Assembly (NCBI RefSeq): GCF_023169545.1
Contig: NZ_AP019769.1
Coordinates: forward strand, 1-32,000
Source of the DNA: Nanobdella aerobiophila
Lineage (GTDB): Archaea; Nanobdellota; Nanobdellia; Nanobdellales; Nanobdellaceae
Reading direction: 5' to 3'
DNA length: 32,000 nt
Numbering within the stretch: the first letter of the stretch is position 1; each line of letters opens with the position of its first letter. Under the pieces are notes generated by a model. It made no database searches. It had not been told where the DNA came from and saw nothing but the letters and a program-made list of their open reading frames with translations. Made by a program: the position numbers and the translations under genes. Below are positions 1-8,342 of the stretch, piece by piece.

Positions 1-337
1 AATATTATAATATTTCATTAAATATAAAAAATATATATTATTACTTATTAGTAGTTTTGAATAATAGGACAAATATAATAAAAATATATTACACTTTGAA
101 ATAGGTCTATGGAAATATTTATATATGTAGTTTATAAACCTTTTGATAATCAACATTTTTAAACATCAAAGTATATCTATTATTTAGTACTTAAGATAAA
201 TGATATAGAATGAAATGTAGGAAATTAAAATAAAAAATGTGTTTTTAATAATAATTATCAAAAAAAGAGGCAGATATGTTATTTCTAGGATTAGACGACT
301 AGTAATATTTTAAAATAATTTTACAATAAAATATATT
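1..337. promoter_or_regulatory. Long A/T-rich non-coding region upstream of orc1/cdc6; candidate replication origin and cdc6 promoter
   Basis: No ORF in the provided track. Directly precedes the Orc1/Cdc6 gene. Contains short related motifs: gTTTTGAATAATAGGa near 53-68, aCTTTGAAATAGG near 92-104, and ACTTTGA (93-99) inverted as TCAAAGT (166-172). Origin role is inferred. Confidence 0.35.
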
Positions 338-1567
338 ATGAACACAAGCTCCATAATAAATTATTTTATTTCAGATTTTGATAAATATATATCAAAAAGA
401 AGGAGCATAATACAAGATTCTAGATATCTAGATGAAGAATATGTTCCAAATGAGATTAGATTTAGAGATACACAAAAAGAAATGATATTATATAATATTG
501 GTGAATTTATAAATAGTAATGCAGGTAATAATCTATTTTTGTATGGTAGTACAGGTGCAGGTAAAACATTAATTGCTAGATTTATAAATAAAGGTATAAA
601 TGGTCTGGCAATCCAAAGAAAATTAAGATTAAAAGTTTCATATATTAATTGTAAATTAATATCCTCTAAAGATATAGATTATTATATATTTAAGAGAATT
701 TATGAGGATCTAACGGATATAAATTTAAAATCCGGCATAAGGAAGCAAGAAATACACGAGAATATATATAGATATTTGGAATCTAGCGATAAGAAATTAA
801 TAATAATACTGGATGAAGCAGATTTTATATTAAATAATAATAGTTCTGACTTATTATATTTATTATTAAGAAATTACGACATAAATATATATAATAGAAT
901 AAAATTTGTATTTGTTGCAAATTCAATATCTTTTATGAATGATGTAGATCAAAGAGTAAAATCCTCATTATCTTCTACATTATATATTCATTTTACTCCA
1001 TATAATTATTATGAATTAAAAGAGATATTAAAAGAGAGAGCAAAGAATGCGTTATACGAAAATTCAATATCCGAAGAAAATATAAATTATATAGCTGCAA
1101 AAATTGCCAAAAACTCTGGAGATGCAAGAGTTGGTATAAATATATTGAAGATGTCTGCCGAGATTGCTGCCAGTAAAAATAAAGAAAGGATAGATAGAGA
1201 AGATATAGATGAAGCTTTTGAAAATGTTGAACTAGATATAATAAATTCAATTATATATTCACTAAATAAAAATCAAAGGATAATTTTATTAAGTTTGTTA
1301 GATAGGCAGATAAGCAATAAAGGAGAATTTGTAACATTTACCGAACTATACGAAGAATATATAAAAAATATAGATAAGTTTGGTATGAAACCACTCGATA
1401 AGACGACCGTATATAAAAATCTGAAGACAATAGAATTAGTATTAGGAAATTTAGTAGAAACTTCAGTAGTATCTAAAGGTAGAGAAGGGTATAAAAAGAT
1501 TATAAAAGTTATTGCAGATGAAGAAAATCTTATAAAGATGGATAATAAAATAAGAAAAGAGATATGA
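338..1567 (+). CDS. cdc6: Orc1/Cdc6 replication initiation AAA+ ATPase
   Basis: Walker A 'LYGSTGAGKT', Walker B 'LIIILDEAD', sensor-like 'KFVFVANSISF' and a C-terminal winged-helix-like region. Confidence 0.93.
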   Translation: MNTSSIINYFISDFDKYISKRRSIIQDSRYLDEEYVPNEIRFRDTQKEMILYNIGEFINSNAGNNLFLYGSTGAGKTLIARFINKGINGLAIQRKLRLKVSYINCKLISSKDIDYYIFKRIYEDLTDINLKSGIRKQEIHENIYRYLESSDKKLIIILDEADFILNNNSSDLLYLLLRNYDINIYNRIKFVFVANSISFMNDVDQRVKSSLSSTLYIHFTPYNYYELKEILKERAKNALYENSISEENINYIAAKIAKNSGDARVGINILKMSAEIAASKNKERIDREDIDEAFENVELDIINSIIYSLNKNQRIILLSLLDRQISNKGEFVTFTELYEEYIKNIDKFGMKPLDKTTVYKNLKTIELVLGNLVETSVVSKGREGYKKIIKVIADEENLIKMDNKIRKEI

Positions 1568-3258
1568 AAAAAGAGGATATAATTACTGAATTTTTAAAAT
1601 ATAATATTTTGGTTACTAAGGAAGCTATTGATATTTTAGAAAAATTATCTGATGATAGAATATATGATATAATAAAAAAAGCAGTTTCTGAAAATGCTGT
1701 AATAATAAATAAAGATGATTTAGTTGAATATAAAGAAGAGAAAAAAGAGAATAGTAAGGGTATATTATCATTCTTTTCTAATGAATCTAGGAAATATGAA
1801 GAAAATAAGGAAATTAATTTGAAAAATGATAATATAGATTTAAATATATCTATGAAAAAGATTTTGGAAAGGAAAGAAGATAATTTGAAGATAAAAAATG
1901 AAATAACTGTAGAAATACACAATAAAAAAGAAAAAAGAATAGGGGAAGAAATAGAGACAAATATAAAATTGTTAGATGATCAAACAAAAAAAATAAATAT
2001 TTTAAAGAAGTTTGATATACAGAAAAATAAGGCGGATATCTCTTCCTGGGTATCTTATTATAAGTCTAGATTAAATAAGATTAAAAAGCATCTTAAAGAG
2101 CATGGAGAATTAAAAAATATATATGCATTGGACAAAATACCAGAAAATGAAGAAAATATAGGTATTGCCGGTATGATATATGATAAAAAGATTAAAGAAA
2201 ATGGTATTTTGTATGTAATAGAAGATGGAAATAAGGTTATAAGAGTTTTTGTAAATAAGAATAAAGAAGATATAGATTTTAATCTAATTAAAAGCATTCC
2301 ATTAGATTCTGTTATTGGTTTTGTTGGTGTGTATAAAAAGGGTATGTTTTTTGCAGACCAGGTAATATTTCCAGATGTACCTATGAAGAAGCCAAAAACA
2401 TATGGAAATGATGATATATATATTGCATTTACAGGAGATTGGCAAATTGGAAATAAATACGCTATAGATACAATATTTGATAGATTTATTAAGTTCTTAT
2501 ATGGTAAAACAGAGAATGAAAAATTAAATGAATTGTCTAGGAAAATTGGATACTTATCTATTATAGGTGATGTAGTGGATGGTGTTGGAGTCTATCCAGA
2601 GCAAGAGAAAGAATTATTATTAAAAACATATGAACAACAGTATCAAAAGATGGACGAATATATAGTGTCTATGCCGGAAGATCTAAAAATTGCAATAATA
2701 CCAGGTAATCATGATATACCTAGATTGGCAGAACCGCAGCCAGCACTTCCAAGATCTTTTTTAAGGCAATCATATCAATTAAAAAATGTTTATTATTTAT
2801 CCAATCCATCTTATGTATCTTTTCATGATTCTATTACTACATTAATGTATCATGGATATGTACTAGATTGGTTAGTATCTGAAATACCAATATTAAGAGA
2901 GAGAGGAGGATATGAAAATCCTGGTGAATTAATGAAATTTTTATTAATGCTAAGATTAATAGCCCCTACTCATGGTGCAACACCATATATGCCATATTTT
3001 GATGAAGATCCACTGGTAATTGATGATATACCAGATATTTTTCATACAGGACACATCCATAGGGCTTCTTATGATACTTACAGGAGTGTAGATATGGTAA
3101 ATTCTTCGACATTCCAAGATACTACTCCATATCAAAAAGAATTAGGTCATAAGCCTTTACCAGGTATTATATTTTTGAGAAATATAAAAGATGGGTCTGT
3201 ATTAGCTGTTAATTTAAATGATTTAACAATACATAATATAAGGGATAAAATTATATAA
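1564..3258 (+). CDS. polB: DNA polymerase D small (exonuclease) subunit DP1
   Basis: Phosphoesterase motifs 'FTGDWQIG', 'IIGDVVDGVG', 'IPGNHD' and 'FHTGHIHRA'. Overlaps the cdc6 stop by 4 nt; origin-proximal Orc1-DP1 pairing is known in several archaea. Confidence 0.93.
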   Translation: MKKEDIITEFLKYNILVTKEAIDILEKLSDDRIYDIIKKAVSENAVIINKDDLVEYKEEKKENSKGILSFFSNESRKYEENKEINLKNDNIDLNISMKKILERKEDNLKIKNEITVEIHNKKEKRIGEEIETNIKLLDDQTKKINILKKFDIQKNKADISSWVSYYKSRLNKIKKHLKEHGELKNIYALDKIPENEENIGIAGMIYDKKIKENGILYVIEDGNKVIRVFVNKNKEDIDFNLIKSIPLDSVIGFVGVYKKGMFFADQVIFPDVPMKKPKTYGNDDIYIAFTGDWQIGNKYAIDTIFDRFIKFLYGKTENEKLNELSRKIGYLSIIGDVVDGVGVYPEQEKELLLKTYEQQYQKMDEYIVSMPEDLKIAIIPGNHDIPRLAEPQPALPRSFLRQSYQLKNVYYLSNPSYVSFHDSITTLMYHGYVLDWLVSEIPILRERGGYENPGELMKFLLMLRLIAPTHGATPYMPYFDEDPLVIDDIPDIFHTGHIHRASYDTYRSVDMVNSSTFQDTTPYQKELGHKPLPGIIFLRNIKDGSVLAVNLNDLTIHNIRDKII

Positions 3259-3280
3259 AATATTTTGTGATTTATAATAT

Positions 3281-3562
3281 ATGAAAATAATAAAGGAAAA
3301 TGACGAAGAAATGGAAATTGTATTCGAAAATGACAGACCAACAGTTTATATATTAATAAAAGAAGAATTAGATAAAGATAAAAATGTGATCATATCTGCA
3401 TGGAAAGAAGATCATCCTTTATTAAAGAATATAAGTTTATATATAAAGACAGATAAAAACGAGAAACCGAGAAATGCGTTAATAAACGCTACCAAAAGGG
3501 CCATAGAAAGAGTTAATAATTTTAGTAAGGAGTATAATAAGATAATTAATGAAATTAGATAA
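3281..3562 (+). CDS. rpoL: DNA-directed RNA polymerase subunit Rpo11/L
   Basis: 93 aa with the Rpb11-like pattern '...DHPLLKNISLYIKTDKNEKPRNALINATKRAIE'. Confidence 0.8.
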   Translation: MKIIKENDEEMEIVFENDRPTVYILIKEELDKDKNVIISAWKEDHPLLKNISLYIKTDKNEKPRNALINATKRAIERVNNFSKEYNKIINEIR

Positions 3563-5351
3563 AGTAGTTTTAGATACTTCTGTATTAATTGACGGTTATC
3601 TCACAGAATCTTTATTAAATAATAAAATATCTGTAGATGTAGTAATAATACCTGTACCTGCTATAGATGAACTGCAAGCCCAGGCAAATAAGAGATATGA
3701 AAAAGGATTTTTAGGTTTGAGGGAAATACAGAGAATAAGAGAACTATCAAAGCAATATAATTATAAGGTATTGATTTATGGCGAAAAACCAAATTTGGAA
3801 CAGATAAAATTAGCAAAATCCGGATATATAGATTATTTGATACTAAAAGTTGCAATATCAAATAATGCGACTTTGCTAACATCAGATAAGGTATTATATG
3901 AAGTAGCAAAGGCATATAGTGCTCCTGTAATATATATAGAAAAGGAAAATATATCTGTAGATAAACCCCCGTTTTTAGATTTATTTACTGAGGATACAAT
4001 GTCTGTACATATTATTGAAGGAGTTAAGGTAAAGAGAAAGAGGGGAAAACCTGGGGAATGGTACTTGGAGGAAGTAGATAAGATATATAATAAAGAAGAA
4101 ATAGAGGATCTAATAGATCAAATATTATATATTTCTAGGAATAGATTTGATTCATTCATAGAACAAGAAAGAGAAGATAGCATTATAATACAATTATCCT
4201 CATTTAGGATTGTAATTGTAAAACCTCCATTATCTGATAGTTATGAGATTACTATTGTAAGACCAGTAAAAATATTGAAGATACAGGATTATAATTTAGA
4301 TGAAAAAATATTGGGTAGGTTGAGGGATAAAGCAGAAGGTATTATAATTGTTGGTAGACCAGGTTCTGGTAAGACTACATTTGCTCAGGCATTGTCTGAA
4401 TATTATTTAGAGATAAAAAAGATAGTTAAAACAATAGAAGCACCTAGAGATCTAAATCTATCGAAAGATATAATACAATATTCTAAAAAATCTTCTGATA
4501 AAAATGAAATACATGATATATTATTATTATCTCGACCGGATTATGTAATATTTGATGAAATGAGAAATACAGATGATTTCAATTTATATATAGATCTAAG
4601 ATTAGCAGGCATTGGAATGATTGGTGTTTCTCATGCAGAAAGACCAATAGATATAATACATAGATTATTATCAAGAACTGAGCTCGGTTTAATACCACAG
4701 GTAATAGATACTATAATATTTATAGATAAAGGTACTATAAGTAAAATATATTATTTAAATATGGTGGTTAAGATACCAACAGGACTTAAAGAGGAAGATT
4801 TAACAAGACCTGTAGTAGAAATAAGAGATTTTATGACGGATAAGTTGGAATATGAGATATATACTTTTGGAGACGAGATAATTGTCTCACCTGTAAATAA
4901 AAAATCTTCAAAGTCTGGATTACAAAGATATTTAGAAGATATATTAAATTACGAATATAAAAGGAAGTATCAAAATATTATGATAGACGTGGGTGATGAT
5001 AAAATTATATTTTATATACAGAAGAAATTGAAAGGAAGATTTATTAGAATGGAGAAACCTGTATTGATGAGCATAAAGAATAAATATAAATTGAGAATTG
5101 AAATAAAGCCAATAGAAATGGTACAAGATAATATAAATATAGATTATGAAATTGATGATAACTACATTATAATAAGGCTAGGTAATTATTTTAAGAAAAA
5201 AGATGTGGGTATATACATAGAAGGTAATCTATTAGGGCGATTTAAGGTGAATAAGAGGGGTAAGATAGTTATAAACAAGAAAGATGAAATAGGCAAGTAC
5301 CTGGAAAATGCTATAAATTCAAACAAAAAAATAGAGATAAAATTAATATGA
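3549..5351 (+). CDS. PIN domain - ATPase - KH-like protein (archaeal COG1855-type)
   Basis: N-terminal PIN domain 'VVLDTSVLIDGYL', then a secretion-ATPase-like Walker A 'IIVGRPGSGKTTFAQAL' and 'PDYVIFDEMRNTDDF'; C-terminal basic RNA-binding-like region. Confidence 0.88.
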   Translation: MKLDKVVLDTSVLIDGYLTESLLNNKISVDVVIIPVPAIDELQAQANKRYEKGFLGLREIQRIRELSKQYNYKVLIYGEKPNLEQIKLAKSGYIDYLILKVAISNNATLLTSDKVLYEVAKAYSAPVIYIEKENISVDKPPFLDLFTEDTMSVHIIEGVKVKRKRGKPGEWYLEEVDKIYNKEEIEDLIDQILYISRNRFDSFIEQEREDSIIIQLSSFRIVIVKPPLSDSYEITIVRPVKILKIQDYNLDEKILGRLRDKAEGIIIVGRPGSGKTTFAQALSEYYLEIKKIVKTIEAPRDLNLSKDIIQYSKKSSDKNEIHDILLLSRPDYVIFDEMRNTDDFNLYIDLRLAGIGMIGVSHAERPIDIIHRLLSRTELGLIPQVIDTIIFIDKGTISKIYYLNMVVKIPTGLKEEDLTRPVVEIRDFMTDKLEYEIYTFGDEIIVSPVNKKSSKSGLQRYLEDILNYEYKRKYQNIMIDVGDDKIIFYIQKKLKGRFIRMEKPVLMSIKNKYKLRIEIKPIEMVQDNINIDYEIDDNYIIIRLGNYFKKKDVGIYIEGNLLGRFKVNKRGKIVINKKDEIGKYLENAINSNKKIEIKLI

Positions 5352-7096
5352 AGAGAATTGCAATTATTGATAAAGAGAAATGTAAGGCTCCTGAAAAATG
5401 TGATTATTTATGTATGAAATCATGTCCTATACAAAAAAATAATTTACCAATATTTAATATCTTAGAAAATAAAAAACCATCCATAGATGAGAGCTATTGT
5501 ATTGGTTGTGGTATATGTGTTAAAAAGTGCCCGTTTGATGCTATAATTATAATTAATTTAACTAAAGAACCTGAAGATAGACCTGTATTTCAATATGGAC
5601 CGAATACTTTTAGGTTGTATAGATTACCAGTAATTAAAGAAAATAATATCATTGGTATTATAGGCAGAAATGGAATAGGAAAAAGTACAGCAATAAATAT
5701 TATTGCAGGACTATTAAAACCAAATTTCGGTTATTATGATAAAGATATAAGCAATGAGGAAATAATAAGGAATTTTAGAGGTTCAGAATTGCAAAAATAC
5801 TTTCAAAGATTATATAATAAGGAAATAAATATATCTTACAAGCCTCAAGATATACTTAAAATAAAGAATTTATTCAAGAATTTGACTGTAAGAGAGTTTT
5901 TATCTAAAGTAGTAGATGTAAATTCATTATCAAAATATAATATAAATAATATATTAGATAGAAAAATAGAAAATTTATCTGGAGGAGAATTACAAAAGGT
6001 AATATATATCTATTCTGTATATAAAGAGCATAACTTATTATTAATAGATGAATTGACTAATTATCTAGATATATATGAAAGATTAAATATATTTAATGAT
6101 TTAAGTGACAGAAAAGAAAATGATACAATAATAATTATAGATCACGATCTATTATTTTTAGACTCTATATCTGATATAGTTCATATAGTGTATGGAATTA
6201 GAAAAGCTTATGGAGTATTTTCGCATTCCATAGGTGCTAAAGAAGGAGTAAATCAATATTTAAATGGATTTATTAGAAGAGAGAATTTAAAGATAAGGGA
6301 CAAGCCAATAAGACTGGATGTAAAAAGTTATACTGATATAAAATTAGGAAAAGATATTTTATATTGGGAAAATATTAATATAAATTTAGGAGGTTTTTCA
6401 CTAGATGCAGAAAAAGGAAATATAAAAGAATATGAAATTCTTGGTATCATAGGCAGAAATGGAATAGGAAAAAGTACATTTATGAACGCCTTAGTGGGAG
6501 GAATAAGATATAATGGTACAATATCAAGGAATGTATCTATATCATATAAGCCACAATATTTTGAATTTAATGAAGATATAACTGTGAATCAATTTCTATC
6601 TAGATTCAATGATAAATATAGAACTGAATATAATGAATATTTAACAGAATTAGATATAAATAATATATTAGATAGAAAAATAGAAAATTTATCTGGAGGA
6701 GAGAGTCAATTATTGTATACATTTGCTACATTAATTAAAGATGCAGATCTTTATCTATTTGATGAACCATTTGCAAATTTAGATATAGAGCAAAGACTTT
6801 TATTGTCAAAAATAATAAGGGATATAATAAAAAGTAAGGGAAAGGCAGGTCTTATAATAGACCATGATTTATTATTTTTAAATTGGATTTCTGATAGAAT
6901 CCTGGTATTTCTTGGAGAACCTGGTAAATATGGAAAGGTAAATGGACCATATGAAAATAAAGAAGCATTAAATTTATTCTTAAAAGAAGTAAATATAACT
7001 ATGAGACTAGATAAGGAGACAAATAGACCGAGAATAAATAAATTGAATAGTAGGCTAGATCTTATACAAAAAGAAAAAGGTATCTATATAGAATAA
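5348..7096 (+). CDS. ABCE1/Rli1 ribosome recycling ATPase
   Basis: N-terminal Fe-S cysteine clusters (CKAPEKCDYLCMKSCP; CIGCGICVKKCPFDA), two ABC domains with 'GRNGIGKST' Walker A and 'LSGGE' signatures. Confidence 0.96.
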   Translation: MKRIAIIDKEKCKAPEKCDYLCMKSCPIQKNNLPIFNILENKKPSIDESYCIGCGICVKKCPFDAIIIINLTKEPEDRPVFQYGPNTFRLYRLPVIKENNIIGIIGRNGIGKSTAINIIAGLLKPNFGYYDKDISNEEIIRNFRGSELQKYFQRLYNKEINISYKPQDILKIKNLFKNLTVREFLSKVVDVNSLSKYNINNILDRKIENLSGGELQKVIYIYSVYKEHNLLLIDELTNYLDIYERLNIFNDLSDRKENDTIIIIDHDLLFLDSISDIVHIVYGIRKAYGVFSHSIGAKEGVNQYLNGFIRRENLKIRDKPIRLDVKSYTDIKLGKDILYWENININLGGFSLDAEKGNIKEYEILGIIGRNGIGKSTFMNALVGGIRYNGTISRNVSISYKPQYFEFNEDITVNQFLSRFNDKYRTEYNEYLTELDINNILDRKIENLSGGESQLLYTFATLIKDADLYLFDEPFANLDIEQRLLLSKIIRDIIKSKGKAGLIIDHDLLFLNWISDRILVFLGEPGKYGKVNGPYENKEALNLFLKEVNITMRLDKETNRPRINKLNSRLDLIQKEKGIYIE

Positions 7097-7100
7097 AAAA

Positions 7101-7262
7101 TTATTCTTTACTTTTTATAAATGTAAATACAGTGGTTCCACATACAGGACAGGTGCCTTTTATTGCTGGTCTTCCATTTTCTAGTTTTACCTCTTTAGGA
7201 TTATTTACTTCTACCTTTTTCTTACATTTTACACAATATGCCATATATTTATTTTCAGCCAT
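7101..7262 (-). CDS. Small zinc-ribbon protein, DUF5679-like, 53 aa
   Basis: Hand translation of the minus strand gives MAENKYMAYCVKCKKKVEVNNPKEVKLENGRPAIKGTCPVCGTTVFTFIKSKE*. CxxC...CxxC and the 'NPKEVxLxNGRPAIKGTCPVCGT' pattern match the DUF5679 family. The listed plus-strand ORF 7132..7353 lies over it. Confidence 0.85.
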   Translation of the reverse strand: MAENKYMAYCVKCKKKVEVNNPKEVKLENGRPAIKGTCPVCGTTVFTFIKSKE

Positions 7263-7337
7263 TAGATCTATTATTATAGCAATACTTATATATTTAATTG
7301 GTCAAAAATATATAAAAAATAAATTTACTAAAAATTA

Positions 7338-8342
7338 TTATCTATTTTCATAATGATCATTTTTTATATTTAATATAAGATATATATTATCCATATAAAT
7401 ATCTACATTAATATTAAGTTCTCCAAATTTATTAATTATATTATCTATATCATAGTTATTAAATATCCATGCGTATGTATTTAAAAATTCTCCAACCTTC
7501 TCTAGATATTCTATTTCTTTGTTTAATTCTTCTAAATATTTTTTTTGTTCATTTATTATATTTAAGATCTTATTTTTTTGGTCGTTTAAGGTCTTTATTT
7601 TTTTATTTTCATTGGAACTATTATATATTTTTATAAAATAGTCATTTATATCATTTACAATATTAAAATCATCGTCAATTATAAGGTTTCCATCTCTTAT
7701 ATCTTTATATATATCATATATTTCCTTTATTTTATCATCTGGTAAATCTGCGGGCTTTATATCTTTATCTATATTTAATTTTTTTATAATGTATTCAGAA
7801 TATTTTTTTCCTAAAGATAGATCCATAGCAATGGATCTGGCTATATCTTTCTTATCTGAGTTCTTTACTTTATTATAAAAAGAATCTATATCATAAAATA
7901 CTTCAAAATTTTTCTTTGGTTTTTTGTATATCTCATTTTTATATATTTTTCTATAAACGAAATCTTTGTATTTATTTGAATATAATATTTTATCCTCTTT
8001 GTCTGTTATTATTATAAGTCCATTTGGTATCAATTCTATATAGATCTTTTTTTCATCTTCTATTCTAATTATTTTATCGTCTTCTATATATATATTTATC
8101 CTTTTATTTTGAAAATCTTTTTTTAATCTTAATATAAAATTATTTATTTCATCTCTATCTTTAATATTATATAAAAATATTATATTTCCAGGTATTATAT
8201 ATAAGTATCTTTTATCTAGACCTGGTTTATATATCTCAAATATAATCCCATCTTCTTTGTTATATATATTTTTTATTACAGAACCATTTATTTTATCTTT
8301 ATAACTGTTATACCATGCTAGTATTTCAAAGTAGTTTACCAT
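7338..8342 (-). CDS. RqcH/NEMF/FbpA-like (NFACT) protein, truncated form
   Basis: 'FILRLKKDFQNKRI' plus 'IYIELIPNGLIIITDKEDKIL' resemble NFACT-N; 'IARSIAMDLSLGKKYSEYIIKKLNIDKDIKPADLPDDKIKEI' resembles the helical domain; coiled coil then 'EKVGEFLNTYAWIFNNYDIDNII'. Ends before an NFACT-R domain. Confidence 0.72.
   Translation of the reverse strand: MVNYFEILAWYNSYKDKINGSVIKNIYNKEDGIIFEIYKPGLDKRYLYIIPGNIIFLYNIKDRDEINNFILRLKKDFQNKRINIYIEDDKIIRIEDEKKIYIELIPNGLIIITDKEDKILYSNKYKDFVYRKIYKNEIYKKPKKNFEVFYDIDSFYNKVKNSDKKDIARSIAMDLSLGKKYSEYIIKKLNIDKDIKPADLPDDKIKEIYDIYKDIRDGNLIIDDDFNIVNDINDYFIKIYNSSNENKKIKTLNDQKNKILNIINEQKKYLEELNKEIEYLEKVGEFLNTYAWIFNNYDIDNIINKFGELNINVDIYMDNIYLILNIKNDHYENR

Noticed and set aside
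1-337. Split tRNA half or other structured RNA in the upstream intergenic region
   Set aside because: I found no tRNA-like G/C-rich stems or T-arm sequence; the region is nearly all A/T.
993-3915. Minus-strand ORFs over cdc6, DP1 and PIN-ATPase (993..1250, 1530..1922, 2058..2297, 3147..3341, 3661..3915)
   Set aside because: All are antisense to conserved coding sequence; the Phe/Leu/Ser-rich composition is typical of antisense A/T-rich genes.
7132-7353. Plus-strand ORF 'MVPHTGQVPFIAGLPFSSF...'
   Set aside because: It is antisense to the convincing double-CxxC zinc-ribbon gene at 7101..7262 (minus); its composition looks like a reverse-complement artefact.
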